This document shows positions 11,089 to 21,014 of a stretch of DNA of 64,000 bases, one piece after another. The DNA comes from Spirochaetia bacterium (GTDB lineage Bacteria > Spirochaetota > Spirochaetia > SZUA-6 > Bin103): positions 448,251-512,250 of the forward strand of contig CBDCDL010000001.1 in NCBI GenBank assembly GCA_965215345.1. The letters are read 5' to 3'. Made by a program: the position numbers and the translations under genes. Under the pieces are notes generated by a model, which made no database searches, was not told the origin of the DNA, and saw only the letters and a program-made list of their open reading frames with translations. Position 1 is the stretch's first letter. Every line of letters begins with the position of its first letter.

Positions 11089-12030
11089 TCAACGCGCCGC
11101 AAGCCGTGCGGCGAAGAAGCGGCGCAGCTCCGGGTTCAGGCCGGCTACGAACGCCTCGTCCCAATTGTCCCGGTAGGTTGCCGTGAACCGCTCGAAGGTC
11201 TCCCGGGCAGCCGGGCAGGTGTCCGCGAGGTAGGCCGGCTCCGTGAACCACGGCTGATAGCTGGCGACGTAGCCGCCGAGCGTGTCCATGTCCTTGCGGG
11301 TAGCGGGCCGCGGGCGCGATGCCGTCCCCCAGGTGACGGCGATGGTGCGGCGGCGCTTGCGCCGGCTGTACACGCCGCGGTGGATGGAGTTGACGTGGAA
11401 GAACGCCAGATCGCCCGCCTGGAGCCTGATCGGCTGCCTGCCGGGCATGGCGTCCGACCAGTAGTCGTTGACGCGCACCTCGTACTCCTCCGGCGTGTCC
11501 CAGCGCCTGTGGGAGCCGGGCACGATCTCGGTCGCTGCCGAGTCGCACAGGCAGATGTGCATGTGGACCTCCCGTGCGGGCACCGCCTCGCTCAGAACGA
11601 TGCGCTCGGTGTCCGCGTCCGGGCGCAGGTCGAACGTGTCGTACTGGCAGTCGCGGTGCCAGCCGCCGACCCACGATTCCCGCGGCGGCTCGACGTAGAG
11701 GTTGCATTGCAGGAACAGCGGCGGCTCGGCCAGGACCGCCGTGGCGACGGACACCGCGTCCTCGCCTGCCACGGCGTTCAGCAGGGCGGCCAGGTCAGCC
11801 GGCCGCTCGCGGTGGTAGTCGGGGTGGTTGAGGTGAATGAGCATGCGCGCCCTGGCCGAGTAGTTGCGGCCGCTCGGCTGGTTGTCCTCGGTCCCGGTCG
11901 TTACGAAGCGGGCGAGCGCGCCCTCGCAGATCCGTCGCAGCTCGCGCACCTGGCCGGCATACGCGCCGCGGACGATCACGTACCCTTCCTCGGCAAAGCG
12001 CGCGCCGAGCGCGTCCGCGTCGGCAGGCAT
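11089..12030 (-). CDS. Phytanoyl-CoA dioxygenase (PhyH) family Fe(II)/2OG oxygenase
   Basis: PhyH-like blocks (WHRDCQYD..., EIVPGSHRRW). Confidence 0.7.
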   Translation of the reverse strand: MPADADALGARFAEEGYVIVRGAYAGQVRELRRICEGALARFVTTGTEDNQPSGRNYSARARMLIHLNHPDYHRERPADLAALLNAVAGEDAVSVATAVLAEPPLFLQCNLYVEPPRESWVGGWHRDCQYDTFDLRPDADTERIVLSEAVPAREVHMHICLCDSAATEIVPGSHRRWDTPEEYEVRVNDYWSDAMPGRQPIRLQAGDLAFFHVNSIHRGVYSRRKRRRTIAVTWGTASRPRPATRKDMDTLGGYVASYQPWFTEPAYLADTCPAARETFERFTATYRDNWDEAFVAGLNPELRRFFAARLAAR

Positions 12031-12037
12031 GGATGCG

Positions 12038-12475
12038 CTACGAGTGGCGGTGGTAGGTCAAGGTAACCGTGACGCCCGTATCGATCTCGGATTCGAGATG
12101 CAACTCGTCGTCGTTCTCGAACTCGTACTCGAAACGGGAGGGAGCGATGCTGCCGGCGTCGGGCGTCAGGGTCAGAGTGTCGTCGTCGTAGTCATACGTG
12201 CCCTCGATCTCGACGCGGAGCCTGACCGCGCCGCTGGCCGACACGCTGACGTAGCGGTAGCTACCGTCGCTTTCGAACTCGTACTCGAATGAGATCCGGC
12301 CACCGGCCACCGGGAACTCGGAGTGCCACTCCCCCAGGAACGGATTCCGCGGCACGAAACTCGTAACGTAGACCCGGCAGCCGGACAGCGCAGTCACGGC
12401 AAGCAGGGTGGCACACATCGCCGCAAGCGCGACGACACCGATCCGGAAGCTGCGTTTGCGCCCTTGCGTGTTCAT
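12038..12475 (-). CDS. Putative lipoprotein
   Basis: Signal peptide with a lipobox (LLAVTALSGC). The mature part is Asp/Glu/Tyr-rich. Confidence 0.5.
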   Translation of the reverse strand: MNTQGRKRSFRIGVVALAAMCATLLAVTALSGCRVYVTSFVPRNPFLGEWHSEFPVAGGRISFEYEFESDGSYRYVSVSASGAVRLRVEIEGTYDYDDDTLTLTPDAGSIAPSRFEYEFENDDELHLESEIDTGVTVTLTYHRHS

Positions 12476-12657
12476 GCTCACATCCTGGTCAGTCATCGGA
12501 GCGAGTCTATCACCATGGCGGGCTCGTGCCTGCCGCAGGGACGGCGGCTTCGACATGCACTCCCGCAGGCCTCTGCCGGCTCGGATCTACCGGATGAGCG
12601 ACGCCTCGATGTCGGCCCGCTGTGGATGTGAGTGCGCCACCCGCTCTTCGAGGACCG

Positions 12658-13464
12658 TCAGGGCCCGCTCGATGATCGCGGTCTTTCTGCCGCGGCCGGA
12701 CAGGCCAAGCTGCGCGGCGTCGGCGCGAGGCGATTGAAGCCCATCGTGTCGGTGCCGTGGATGATCTGCAGGGCATGGTCCGGGGAGTCGTACTCCAGGA
12801 CCTTGACGATGGGGATGATCGCCCGCACCGCCAGCCCGATGCGGCGCAGGTCTGAGCGGTTGGCCTCCGAGTGGTGCAGGGTCCGTTCGTTGAACAGGAT
12901 GAACTCGCCGGGCTGCATCTCCAGGTCGGTCAGGTCGCCCGGGTCGTAGTATCCGGCATCGGCCATCACCTCGAATTGCATGTCCGGGGGCGCCTCGACG
13001 TGAGGGACGATGGTGCGGTGCGAGCCGGGGATCACCTGCAGGTTGCCGTTCTGCCGGGTCGAAGGGTCCACGGCGATCCAGGCGGAGATGATGACCGGCG
13101 GCTCCAGCGGCCAGTAGTGGAAGTCCTGGTGCCAGGGGATCGCCTTGGTGCCCCGGTTCTTGACGAAGAAGTTGGTGCGCCACAGCAGCAGATCGGGCCC
13201 GTACAGGGCCGCCATGCGCTCCACGATCGCCGCATCGGTGGCCAGGTCGTACACCGCTCGGCTGTCGAGGTGACGGTTGTGGACACGGTTGTGCGATGCC
13301 GGCGGATCGGTCTCGAGGACGCGCTCGATGGCCGGCCGCAGCGCCGCCATATCGTCGGGCGAGCACATGGAGTAGGGACCGAGGTACCCTTCGCGGCGAA
13401 ACCGCTCCACTTCGGCGCCGGTCAGAGCTGCGGGAGCCGAAGCCGACACCGCCTGCGTTGCCAT
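12658..13464 (-). CDS. Phytanoyl-CoA dioxygenase (PhyH) family protein
   Basis: Blocks ...WHQDFHYWPLEPPVIISAWIAVD...VIPGSHR... Confidence 0.7.
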   Translation of the reverse strand: MATQAVSASAPAALTGAEVERFRREGYLGPYSMCSPDDMAALRPAIERVLETDPPASHNRVHNRHLDSRAVYDLATDAAIVERMAALYGPDLLLWRTNFFVKNRGTKAIPWHQDFHYWPLEPPVIISAWIAVDPSTRQNGNLQVIPGSHRTIVPHVEAPPDMQFEVMADAGYYDPGDLTDLEMQPGEFILFNERTLHHSEANRSDLRRIGLAVRAIIPIVKVLEYDSPDHALQIIHGTDTMGFNRLAPTPRSLACPAAAERPRSSSGP

Positions 13465-13687
13465 TGGTTCCCTCGCCTCGATCGACTGTATCACGGTGAT
13501 CGCGGGCACGGCGGACTCGACGTCCGTCTGCACGAAGTCGTCGCCTCGGGACCAATCGAGTCGACGAGTCCACGAGTCCACACGGGCGGTTGACATTGTG
13601 CGCCCGGCGTGATACGTCTCAAGGCAATTGGTCCCCGCCGGACTCGCCGAAAGGCCCCGGCGGGGTTATTTCTCTTCTCTGAGAAGC

Positions 13688-14312
13688 ATGCCCCGCGAGC
13701 CCGATGTCAAGCGCGTCGTGTCGTTTATCGACGGGCAGAACCTGTTCCGGCACGCGAAGGACGCCTTCGGGCACTATCACCCGAACTACGACGTACGGAA
13801 GTTGAGCGACGCGGTGTGCGCCGCCCACGGGTGGGTCAATCGGGGCGTACGTTTCTACACGGGCGTTCCCCAGGGCTGATCTGGATCCCAGGTGGCACGA
13901 ATACTGGACCCGTCGCCTGCCGGCCATGAGGCGCTCCGGGATCGTCGTCACGTCGCGCCCATTGCGGTATCGGCTGGAGGCACGTTCCGTGGACGACCGC
14001 GCTTCTCGGGAGAGCCCCATCGGAAGGGAGAAGGGGATTGATCTTCGTCTCGGTCTGGATGTCGTGCGCATGGCGCGCCTTGGAGAACTGGATGTGGCCG
14101 TGATCTTCAGCGAGGATCAGGACCTCGTCGAGGTCGCAGTCGAGGTGCGCGATATTGCTCGCGCTGCGAACCGGTGGTTGAAAGGTGCTTCGGCCTTCCC
14201 ATCAGGACCCAACGCCACCTCGAGGCAGGGTATTCACAAGACGGACTGGTTCAAGATGGACAAGGCGTTCTATGACGCCTGTCTCGATCCAAGAGACTAT
14301 CGGTCTGCCTGA
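13688..14312 (+). pseudogene. NYN-domain (LabA-like) gene disrupted by a frameshift near 13860-13880
   Basis: The N-terminus KRVVSFIDGQNLFRHAK...YD (NYN start) ends at 13879. The NYN core (EKGIDLRLGLDVV...LDVAVIFSEDQDL) continues in another frame from about 13860. Confidence 0.55.
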
Positions 14313-14313
14313 G

Positions 14314-15321
14314 TCACAACGGCGCGACGGCGATCAGCGGGTCTTCGCCCCGTGAGGCGAGAAGGTTGCGCAACGGGCGGCCGAAGTGGGGGGACTCGAT
14401 CTCGAAGCGGTCGCCGGGCTGTGGCTCGATGCCGTGGGCGCAGCTCAGGATGGGGGCGCCGAGGAAGTGGCAGTGGAGGTCCCAAGGGCGGCGGAACAAG
14501 CCGTACTTGAACAGGTGATGCTCCATGTTGGCCAGGGTGTGGGTCATGTTGGCGTCGCCGGTCAGGAAGGTGGCCTGCCAGAGTACGGTGCCGCCGCGGC
14601 GCACGCGAACCTCGCCTTCAACTGACTCCGGAAGGAGGCCGAGCAGCAGCTCCGGGCCGATCGAGCAGGCGCGCAGCTTGGAGTGGGCGAGGTACAGGTA
14701 GTTCTGGCGCTCGATGACGTGGTCGGCGAACTCGTTGCCGAGCGCGAAGCCGACGCGTCGCGGGCGGCCGTCGCGGCCGATCAGGTAGACGGCCACTGCT
14801 TCCGCCTCCTCGCCGCCGTCGCCGGCGAAGCCGGGGAGGGGCAGCTCGTGCTCCGGCGGGATGAGGATGCTGCCGTCGCCTTTGTAGAACCACTCCGGGG
14901 CCACGCCGATGGTGCCGGCCGGCGGCTTGCCGCCGCGCAGGCCGAGCCGGAACATGCGGATCGAGTCGGTCACGGCGTCGTCGTCGGCGCCGTCGCCCGA
15001 GCCTGCTCCGCCGTGCATGGCGTCCCGCGCCATGGCGCTGCCGGTGTGGTTGAGGCCGGTGCCGGAGATCAGCAGGTGGGCGGGATCGGGGTGGTCGATC
15101 GGCGGCAGCAGGCGCCGCTCGTCCACCAGCGCCTGGTAGTCGACGCAGGAGTCGCGTTCGCAGCCGGCCACCAAGTCGACCAGCGGGTGGCCGGTCGCGT
15201 CTGCCGACCGGGCCAGCTCAAGGACCGACGCGACGCCGGCGAGCTGGTCGACCCGGTCGCGGTCGCGCACGACACCCACGCGCCGCGTGCCTGAGGCCGA
15301 TCGATACTGAACCAGGCGCAT
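14314..15321 (-). CDS. Fumarylacetoacetate-hydrolase (FAH) family protein (GguC-like)
   Basis: N-terminus MRLVQYRS...GVV plus Gly-rich metal-binding-like segments. Family assignment is tentative. Confidence 0.45.
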   Translation of the reverse strand: MRLVQYRSASGTRRVGVVRDRDRVDQLAGVASVLELARSADATGHPLVDLVAGCERDSCVDYQALVDERRLLPPIDHPDPAHLLISGTGLNHTGSAMARDAMHGGAGSGDGADDDAVTDSIRMFRLGLRGGKPPAGTIGVAPEWFYKGDGSILIPPEHELPLPGFAGDGGEEAEAVAVYLIGRDGRPRRVGFALGNEFADHVIERQNYLYLAHSKLRACSIGPELLLGLLPESVEGEVRVRRGGTVLWQATFLTGDANMTHTLANMEHHLFKYGLFRRPWDLHCHFLGAPILSCAHGIEPQPGDRFEIESPHFGRPLRNLLASRGEDPLIAVAPL

Positions 15322-15404
15322 CTACTGCCACTCCGGACTCAGGCGAATGAACGCCTTGAGCAACGAACCGCCCGACATGCGACAGGCAGCCTCGGCCGCG
15401 TCGG

Positions 15405-16376
15405 TCACAGCCGCTGCACCTCGCCGGTGCGGATCGCCCGGTCGGCGGCGAGCACGATGCGCGTGGCCTGGATGCCGTCGGTGGCGTCGAGGTCGGGGGC
15501 GCGACCGGCGCGCAGCGCGCCGATGAACTCGCGATTCTCCAGCAGGAAGCCCTCCTCCTCTTCGACCCGCTCCGACCACTGGCGCTCGCCGTCGTTGAAC
15601 GTGGCCTGCTTGAAGCGGTCGTGGAGCTGCACGCTGCGGCCGCCGCCGAACAGCTCCAGGAAGAACTTGCTGGTCATGTGGCCGAGCGCGGCGTCGCCCT
15701 GGATCCAGCTCGCCACGGCGCCGGAGGCGAAGCGGATCGAGGCCACGCACTGGTCGATGCGCGGATGGCCGGGGTGGGTCATGGCGCCGCCGGCCGCCCA
15801 CAGCAGCTCCGGCTCGCTGCGCGCCATCCAGCGGATCACGTCGGTGGTGTGGCAGCCCTGGCTGTAGACGTTGGCGCCGCCGCGCACCGGGTCCTGCGCC
15901 CAGGCGTCGTCGCGCCAGCGGCTGTCCATCATCTGGCCGACGATCACCTGCGGCTCCGGGACGAACTCGCGCGCCTTCCGGAGGAGCGGGTAGTAGCGCA
16001 TCTTGAACGCCGGCATCAGCCACACGCCGGCCTCCTCGACCGCGGCGGCCACCGCCTCGCATTCCTCGACCGACAGCGACAGCGGCTTTTCGATGAGGAT
16101 GTGCTTGCCGGCGTGCGCCGCTTCGATGGCCAGCGGCGCGTGCGAGTCGTGATGGGTGCAGATGTAGACGCCGTCCAGATCGGGGTCGGCAAGCAGGCGG
16201 GGGATGTCCCCGGTCGCGTAGCCGCCGTGCTCGGCCGCAAGCCGCTCGGCCGCGGCCGGCACCACGTCGGCGAAGGCCGTGAAGCGGGCGCCGCCCACCT
16301 CACGCACGCAGCCCGCGTGCACGGCGCCCAGGCTGCCGCAGCCGATCAGGCCGAAGCGCAGGTCGCGGGTTCTCAT
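15405..16376 (-). CDS. Gfo/Idh/MocA family NAD(P)-dependent oxidoreductase
   Basis: Rossmann N-terminus (LRFGLIGCGSLGAVHA) and the EKPLSLSVEE motif. ATGA overlap with the upstream gene. Confidence 0.8.
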   Translation of the reverse strand: MRTRDLRFGLIGCGSLGAVHAGCVREVGGARFTAFADVVPAAAERLAAEHGGYATGDIPRLLADPDLDGVYICTHHDSHAPLAIEAAHAGKHILIEKPLSLSVEECEAVAAAVEEAGVWLMPAFKMRYYPLLRKAREFVPEPQVIVGQMMDSRWRDDAWAQDPVRGGANVYSQGCHTTDVIRWMARSEPELLWAAGGAMTHPGHPRIDQCVASIRFASGAVASWIQGDAALGHMTSKFFLELFGGGRSVQLHDRFKQATFNDGERQWSERVEEEEGFLLENREFIGALRAGRAPDLDATDGIQATRIVLAADRAIRTGEVQRL

Positions 16377-18586
16377 CTCGGCGGATCCGGGGCGGTGGAG
16401 TCTCCGGAGGCGTCGTACATCAGCCGATGCAGGTTCGTGAGCAGGCGGTCGTCGGTGGTCATGCGCATCTGCGGCGCGATGCAGGGCATGCCGCGGCTCA
16501 ACGTCGGGTCGCGGTACACGTTGGTCCGCCGTTCGGCCAGGTCGATGTCCGCGCAGGCCACGCCGTCGCCGTGGATCTCGGCGATGATCGCCCCGGAGGA
16601 GTCGATGATCATGCTCGGCGGACCGGTCGCGGCGGCGACGAAGTAGAGGCGGTTGTCGAGCGCGCGCGTGCGCCACGTGATCGGCTTGCCGCCGGCGACC
16701 GGCAGGAACAGGATCTCCGCGCCGAGGTGCGCGTAGTAGCGGGCGACCTCAGGGAACCACTCGTCGTAACAGATGTGGAGCGCCACCCGCCCGACGTCCA
16801 GGTCGAACACCGGGTACTCGGCGCCGCAGGAGATGCCGCCGCGCAGCTCGCCGAACGTCAGGTGGGTCTTGTCGTAGCAGCCCAGCAACTCGCCCGAGCG
16901 GTCGAACAGGACCGCCGTGTTGAACACGTGCCGGCCGCGCCGGCAGATGACGCCGGCGATCACGTACATGCGGTGGCGGCGCGCGGCCTCGGCCAGCACC
17001 CGGCACACGGGGCCGTCGGGGACCGGCTCCGCGGCGTCAGCCCACGACCCGTAGGCGCGTTCGGGGACGCCCTGCACGGGCGAGAACTCGGTGAGGGCGG
17101 CGACGTCCACCCCCATCGACCCGGCCTGGTCGAGTTTGGCGGCGATGCGCTCGCGCTGCTCGGCCATGGTCAGCGGCGCGGGCGGATCGCCGAAGCGGAT
17201 CGTGGCGATGCGCGCGATGCGCGCCGGGGGCCGCGGGACCTGGGTGACCACGGCGCGCGACCACGCGATCCGGCCGCTCGGTGCGGCGCGCAGATAAAGC
17301 TCCATCCGCTCGTGCTCGGATGGGTGGGGCTCGTGCCGGAACGTGCACTCCAGGGACAGCGTTCCCGCCGGCGCGGCCCGCTGTTCGGCGGAACGCAGCA
17401 GCCGTGGCGTCAGGAAGTGGCCGGCACACTGGGCGAACACCGAGAGGGCGGGCCGCTCGATGTTCTCCGGACGGGCCTGCACGCTCGCGCGGTACCAGCA
17501 GCCGGGGACCAGGCGCACCGGGCGGTGCCAGCAGCCGAAGGCGTGCAGGTCGCCGTTCCCTTCCAGGACCAGCTCCTGCTCCCCGTCGCCGCCCGTTTCG
17601 ATCCGGGCGCGCGGCGCGAGCTCCGCGCGTGGGGTGTCGGTCCGCCACTCGCCGTGCAGGCGGTTCGCGTCCGGCAGCGGCGCGGGCTCTCCGGTCTCGC
17701 CCGGATTGACGCCGGCCGCCAGCAGCATGCCAACCCATTGGCGATGGTTGCGCGTCACCGACTCCGGGTGCGTGCGGCTGCGGGCCACGAAGCCGGGGAC
17801 GTTGCTGCGTCCGGTCGGTCCGCCGAGGCGGCAGTAGCGGGTGTCCAGGCTCCAGCGCACGGTGTCCGACGTGTTCGGCAGCGAGCGGTGCGCGACCCGC
17901 TCCATGGTCATGAGGACGTCGCCCGGCTGCATCTCGCAGGTGACGCGCTCGCCGTCCGGCAGGTCCTCGTCCTCGATGCCGTGGTACGCGACGACCCCGG
18001 GGATGCTGGTCTCCAGCCGGTGCGGAACGCTCTGCCGGTGGGAACCGGCGATCACTTCCAGGCAGCCGTTCTCGCGCCGGGCGGCGGCCAGCGGGATCCA
18101 CAGGTTGAGGATCACGGTGTCGCCGATGTCCTCGGAGAGGTACGCGTCGTCCTGGTGCCAGGGCACGTCGGCGGGGTCGTGCTCGGGGAGCTTCACCCGC
18201 AGCACCGTCTGCGGATGGGCCAGGATCTCCGGCCCGATCACGGACTCGACCGCATCGAGCAGAGCTGGATGGGTGCGCAGCGCGTACATGCCGGCCGTCT
18301 TGTGCCGCTTGCTGTGCAGCCGGCGCCAGATCCAGGCGAGGGCCTCCTCGTCCAGCTCGCCGGCGACCGCGGCCAGGCGCCGGTCGAAGGGCTCGTCCGC
18401 GAAGGTGGCGGCGGGATCCAGGCGCTCCCAGATGACGAGCTGCTCGACCGCCTGCTCCACGGCGGCGGCGAGATCGTCCGCGAGGGGCTGGAAGGCCGCC
18501 CGCGGCAGCAACCCGGGGAGGATCAGGAAGCCCCGTTCGTGGAGCTCCGCGCACTGCGACTCGGTCAGACCGGTGCCGTGTTCCAT
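16373..18586 (-). CDS. Tri-domain protein: N-terminal PhyH-family dioxygenase, central unknown domain, C-terminal carbon-nitrogen hydrolase (nitrilase superfamily)
   Basis: N-terminal part has PhyH blocks (PWHQDDAYL...VIAGSHR). C-terminal part has CN-hydrolase blocks (HICYDEWFPEVARYYAHLGAEILFLP) and catalytic Cys context. Confidence 0.65.
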   Translation of the reverse strand: MEHGTGLTESQCAELHERGFLILPGLLPRAAFQPLADDLAAAVEQAVEQLVIWERLDPAATFADEPFDRRLAAVAGELDEEALAWIWRRLHSKRHKTAGMYALRTHPALLDAVESVIGPEILAHPQTVLRVKLPEHDPADVPWHQDDAYLSEDIGDTVILNLWIPLAAARRENGCLEVIAGSHRQSVPHRLETSIPGVVAYHGIEDEDLPDGERVTCEMQPGDVLMTMERVAHRSLPNTSDTVRWSLDTRYCRLGGPTGRSNVPGFVARSRTHPESVTRNHRQWVGMLLAAGVNPGETGEPAPLPDANRLHGEWRTDTPRAELAPRARIETGGDGEQELVLEGNGDLHAFGCWHRPVRLVPGCWYRASVQARPENIERPALSVFAQCAGHFLTPRLLRSAEQRAAPAGTLSLECTFRHEPHPSEHERMELYLRAAPSGRIAWSRAVVTQVPRPPARIARIATIRFGDPPAPLTMAEQRERIAAKLDQAGSMGVDVAALTEFSPVQGVPERAYGSWADAAEPVPDGPVCRVLAEAARRHRMYVIAGVICRRGRHVFNTAVLFDRSGELLGCYDKTHLTFGELRGGISCGAEYPVFDLDVGRVALHICYDEWFPEVARYYAHLGAEILFLPVAGGKPITWRTRALDNRLYFVAAATGPPSMIIDSSGAIIAEIHGDGVACADIDLAERRTNVYRDPTLSRGMPCIAPQMRMTTDDRLLTNLHRLMYDASGDSTAPDPPR

Positions 18587-18655
18587 ACCGGAGCGATTGA
18601 ACGTCGGCGTGCGCCGCCTTGACAAGCCGCTCACCTGCCGGGCGATCGTCCGGCG

Positions 18656-20005
18656 GTGATCGGTCTGTTCGTCCGGTATCACCTCCGGCCGGCGATCCGG
18701 TACTACACCACCGGTATCACGCCGCTCTCCGTGATCGGGGCGCTGGCGATCGTCGGCCTGTTCGCGACGGCGTACGGGAGCTACTTTGCGGCGGTACGGC
18801 GAGGGCTGGTGACGGTGGACGTGTCGCTGTACCACCTGCGCGCTCTTACCCTGGAGTTCGTGGTCGGGTTCCTGGTGGCCGGTCTGCGCAAGCGTCAGGG
18901 AGTGGTCACGTTCTTCACCTCGACTCCTCTGAGGCCTGCAGGTGTGCTGCGGCTGCTCCTACTCAGCAATGGCGGCAAGCTGCTCGGTGGGGAGGTGGTG
19001 TTCATCGCCTTCGTTCTCCCGTTCGTCCTGCGGCTGTCACCGTCGACCGAGCGCGCCGTGCTGCACGTGGCCGGCGATGCGGTCACGGTGGTGCTGCACT
19101 ACCTGGCGGCGACCGTGATCGCGGCGTTGTGGCGCCGCAGGCGGAAGGACGGGACGCTTGCCGCCGCGGTGTTCATCGCATTCGTGGGCGTGGAACTCCT
19201 GGTGTTTCGCCAGCGGCCGGACGCGGACTACGTGCTGCTGCCGGCGAACATCGCCGCGTGCGTTGCGTGTTGGACCGTGGTGATCGGCCGTCATGATCCC
19301 ACGAGGGTTCAGCGATTCCTCATCAGCGCCGTACCGAGGAGGGGTGGCCGCTCCACGATCAACCGATTCCTGCATCCGCTTCCGGTGGAGGCGAAGCTCT
19401 ACGTGAAGGAATGCCTGATGCGTCCCGAGTCTGCGATCGCGGTGCTCACCGCGGCCGCGCTGTTCACGGGTTTGATCGTTGCGCTGATCCTCGGCATACC
19501 GGACGAGGCGCGCACGACGACGATCATCGGCTGTATGTACGCGGCAGCCGGATTCGGCGCCGCAGTGCTCGAACGGCCCGATCGCGCCCACATGGAGTTC
19601 TTCAAGACCACCCCGGTGACATTCGGTCGTCTCACGGTTGCCCTGCTGGCACCGCACTGCACGGTGTATCTGCTGGCGGCGGCGATCGTGGGAACGGTGG
19701 GCGCGGCAGGGGGGATGAACCTCGGTGCCCTGCTCATCCTGCTGTCACAGGGCGTATTCGTGACATCGGTCATGTGGTTGATCCCGTTCCGGTTTCTCTA
19801 TAGTTCGAAGCTCTTCGTGCTGCTCGTATCCGGGCTGATTCTGACCGCGGGATTCGTACTGGCAGTCGGAGCCGGGGCTGTCCAGGGCGCGGGCCTGCCG
19901 GTCGTGTACGCGGGGTTCGTGTTGCTGATTCCCGCGATCCTCTATCCAGGGGCCTCGTTCAAGTACGAGGACTCCACCGTCGAAGATTGGGTTCACGCGG
20001 CGTGA
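18656..20005 (+). CDS. Polytopic membrane protein, putative ABC-transporter permease component
   Basis: Many hydrophobic helices. It is translationally coupled to the downstream ABC ATPase, with a GTG start overlapping its own stop. Confidence 0.5.
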   Translation: MIGLFVRYHLRPAIRYYTTGITPLSVIGALAIVGLFATAYGSYFAAVRRGLVTVDVSLYHLRALTLEFVVGFLVAGLRKRQGVVTFFTSTPLRPAGVLRLLLLSNGGKLLGGEVVFIAFVLPFVLRLSPSTERAVLHVAGDAVTVVLHYLAATVIAALWRRRRKDGTLAAAVFIAFVGVELLVFRQRPDADYVLLPANIAACVACWTVVIGRHDPTRVQRFLISAVPRRGGRSTINRFLHPLPVEAKLYVKECLMRPESAIAVLTAAALFTGLIVALILGIPDEARTTTIIGCMYAAAGFGAAVLERPDRAHMEFFKTTPVTFGRLTVALLAPHCTVYLLAAAIVGTVGAAGGMNLGALLILLSQGVFVTSVMWLIPFRFLYSSKLFVLLVSGLILTAGFVLAVGAGAVQGAGLPVVYAGFVLLIPAILYPGASFKYEDSTVEDWVHAA

Positions 20006-20712
20006 TCGAGCTTGTCGGGGCGGCCAAGACCTTCGTGAACGGCAAGGGAGTGTTCGACGTCAACCTTCGGCTCGAATCCGGGCTCACGGGCTTCCTGGGG
20101 CGCAACGGATCGGGCAAGACCACGACGATGCGGCTGATCATGGGGCTGCTGGCCCCCGATCGGGGCGCGGTGCTCATCGACGGGCGGGACCTGTGGCAGT
20201 ACGACCACATCTACACGCTGAAGCGCGACCTGGGGTTCCTCCCGAACGAGGACTACTTCTTCGCGCGGCTCACCGGCCGCGAGAACCTGGAGTACCTGAG
20301 CCTCCTCAAGACCGGCAAGCGCGACGCCTACGCGGCGCTGGACCGCTTCATCGGCGAGCTGGAAGTGGACGCCTTCATCGACGATCCGTTCGACAGCTAC
20401 TCCACGGGCATGAAGAAGAAGGTGCAGCTCGTCGGCGCCCTGATCGGCGACCCCGGCAACGTCCTGCTCGACGAGCCGCACAACGGCCTGGACGTGATGG
20501 CCAACATCGCCCTGAACCGGACGCTGCTGGCTCTTCGCGACGAAGGCCGCACCGTCTTCGTGGCCAGCCACCTGGCCGAGGTGTTCGACACGATCGGCGA
20601 CACCCTGGTAGTGATCGACCAGGGCCGGATCGTGGCGGAGCACCGCGCTCCGTTCCAGACGAAGCCGGTGGACCTGTACCTGGAAGCGATCGGCGACGGT
20701 GCGTCAGCTTGA
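19987..20712 (+). CDS. ABC transporter ATP-binding protein
   Basis: Walker A (GRNGSGKTT), ABC signature (YSTGMKKK) and Walker B (LLDEP). The start is either the TTG at 19987 or the GTG at 20002. Confidence 0.8.
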   Translation: MGSRGVIELVGAAKTFVNGKGVFDVNLRLESGLTGFLGRNGSGKTTTMRLIMGLLAPDRGAVLIDGRDLWQYDHIYTLKRDLGFLPNEDYFFARLTGRENLEYLSLLKTGKRDAYAALDRFIGELEVDAFIDDPFDSYSTGMKKKVQLVGALIGDPGNVLLDEPHNGLDVMANIALNRTLLALRDEGRTVFVASHLAEVFDTIGDTLVVIDQGRIVAEHRAPFQTKPVDLYLEAIGDGASA

Positions 20713-21014
20713 TCTCGGGGGACGGTCGCTGTCTTTGTCGTTCTCTAATAAAGCTTCCGATCGTCTGGATGATCCAAAGTAGTATCCGAATACTGCTCCA
20801 GCTATAGGTCCCAGATAAGATGCCCACGTTCCTACGATGGTGTCCAAGTCGGCGGGCGAGATCACGCCGAGTACCAACACCAGGAGTGCCAAGACGGGTC
20901 CGCCAAAGAACGCTACGGCGGTAATGAGCGCGAGAGGCTCCGTATCCTGGAGTCGTTCGGTACCGTGGACGGATTCGTCGATCTCGCCGTCTCGTCGTCC
21001 CGCACGTGCCTGAT

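Noticed and set aside
12587-12720. Protein-like C-terminus in an alternative frame (…TAIIERALTVLEERVAHSHPQRADIEASLIR*) overlapping the 3' end of the PhyH gene at 12658..13464
   Set aside because: This could indicate a frameshift in the PhyH gene or a tiny overlapping ORF. However, the PhyH frame is continuous and of normal length, and no start or ribosome-binding site supports a separate gene. I left it as unresolved noise.
16427-18622. 731-aa plus-strand ORF and 505-aa minus-strand ORF (17037..18554) overlapping the PhyH-CN hydrolase gene
   Set aside because: Both are GC-frame artefacts with Arg/Ala/Gly runs. The real gene shows PhyH and nitrilase-family blocks.
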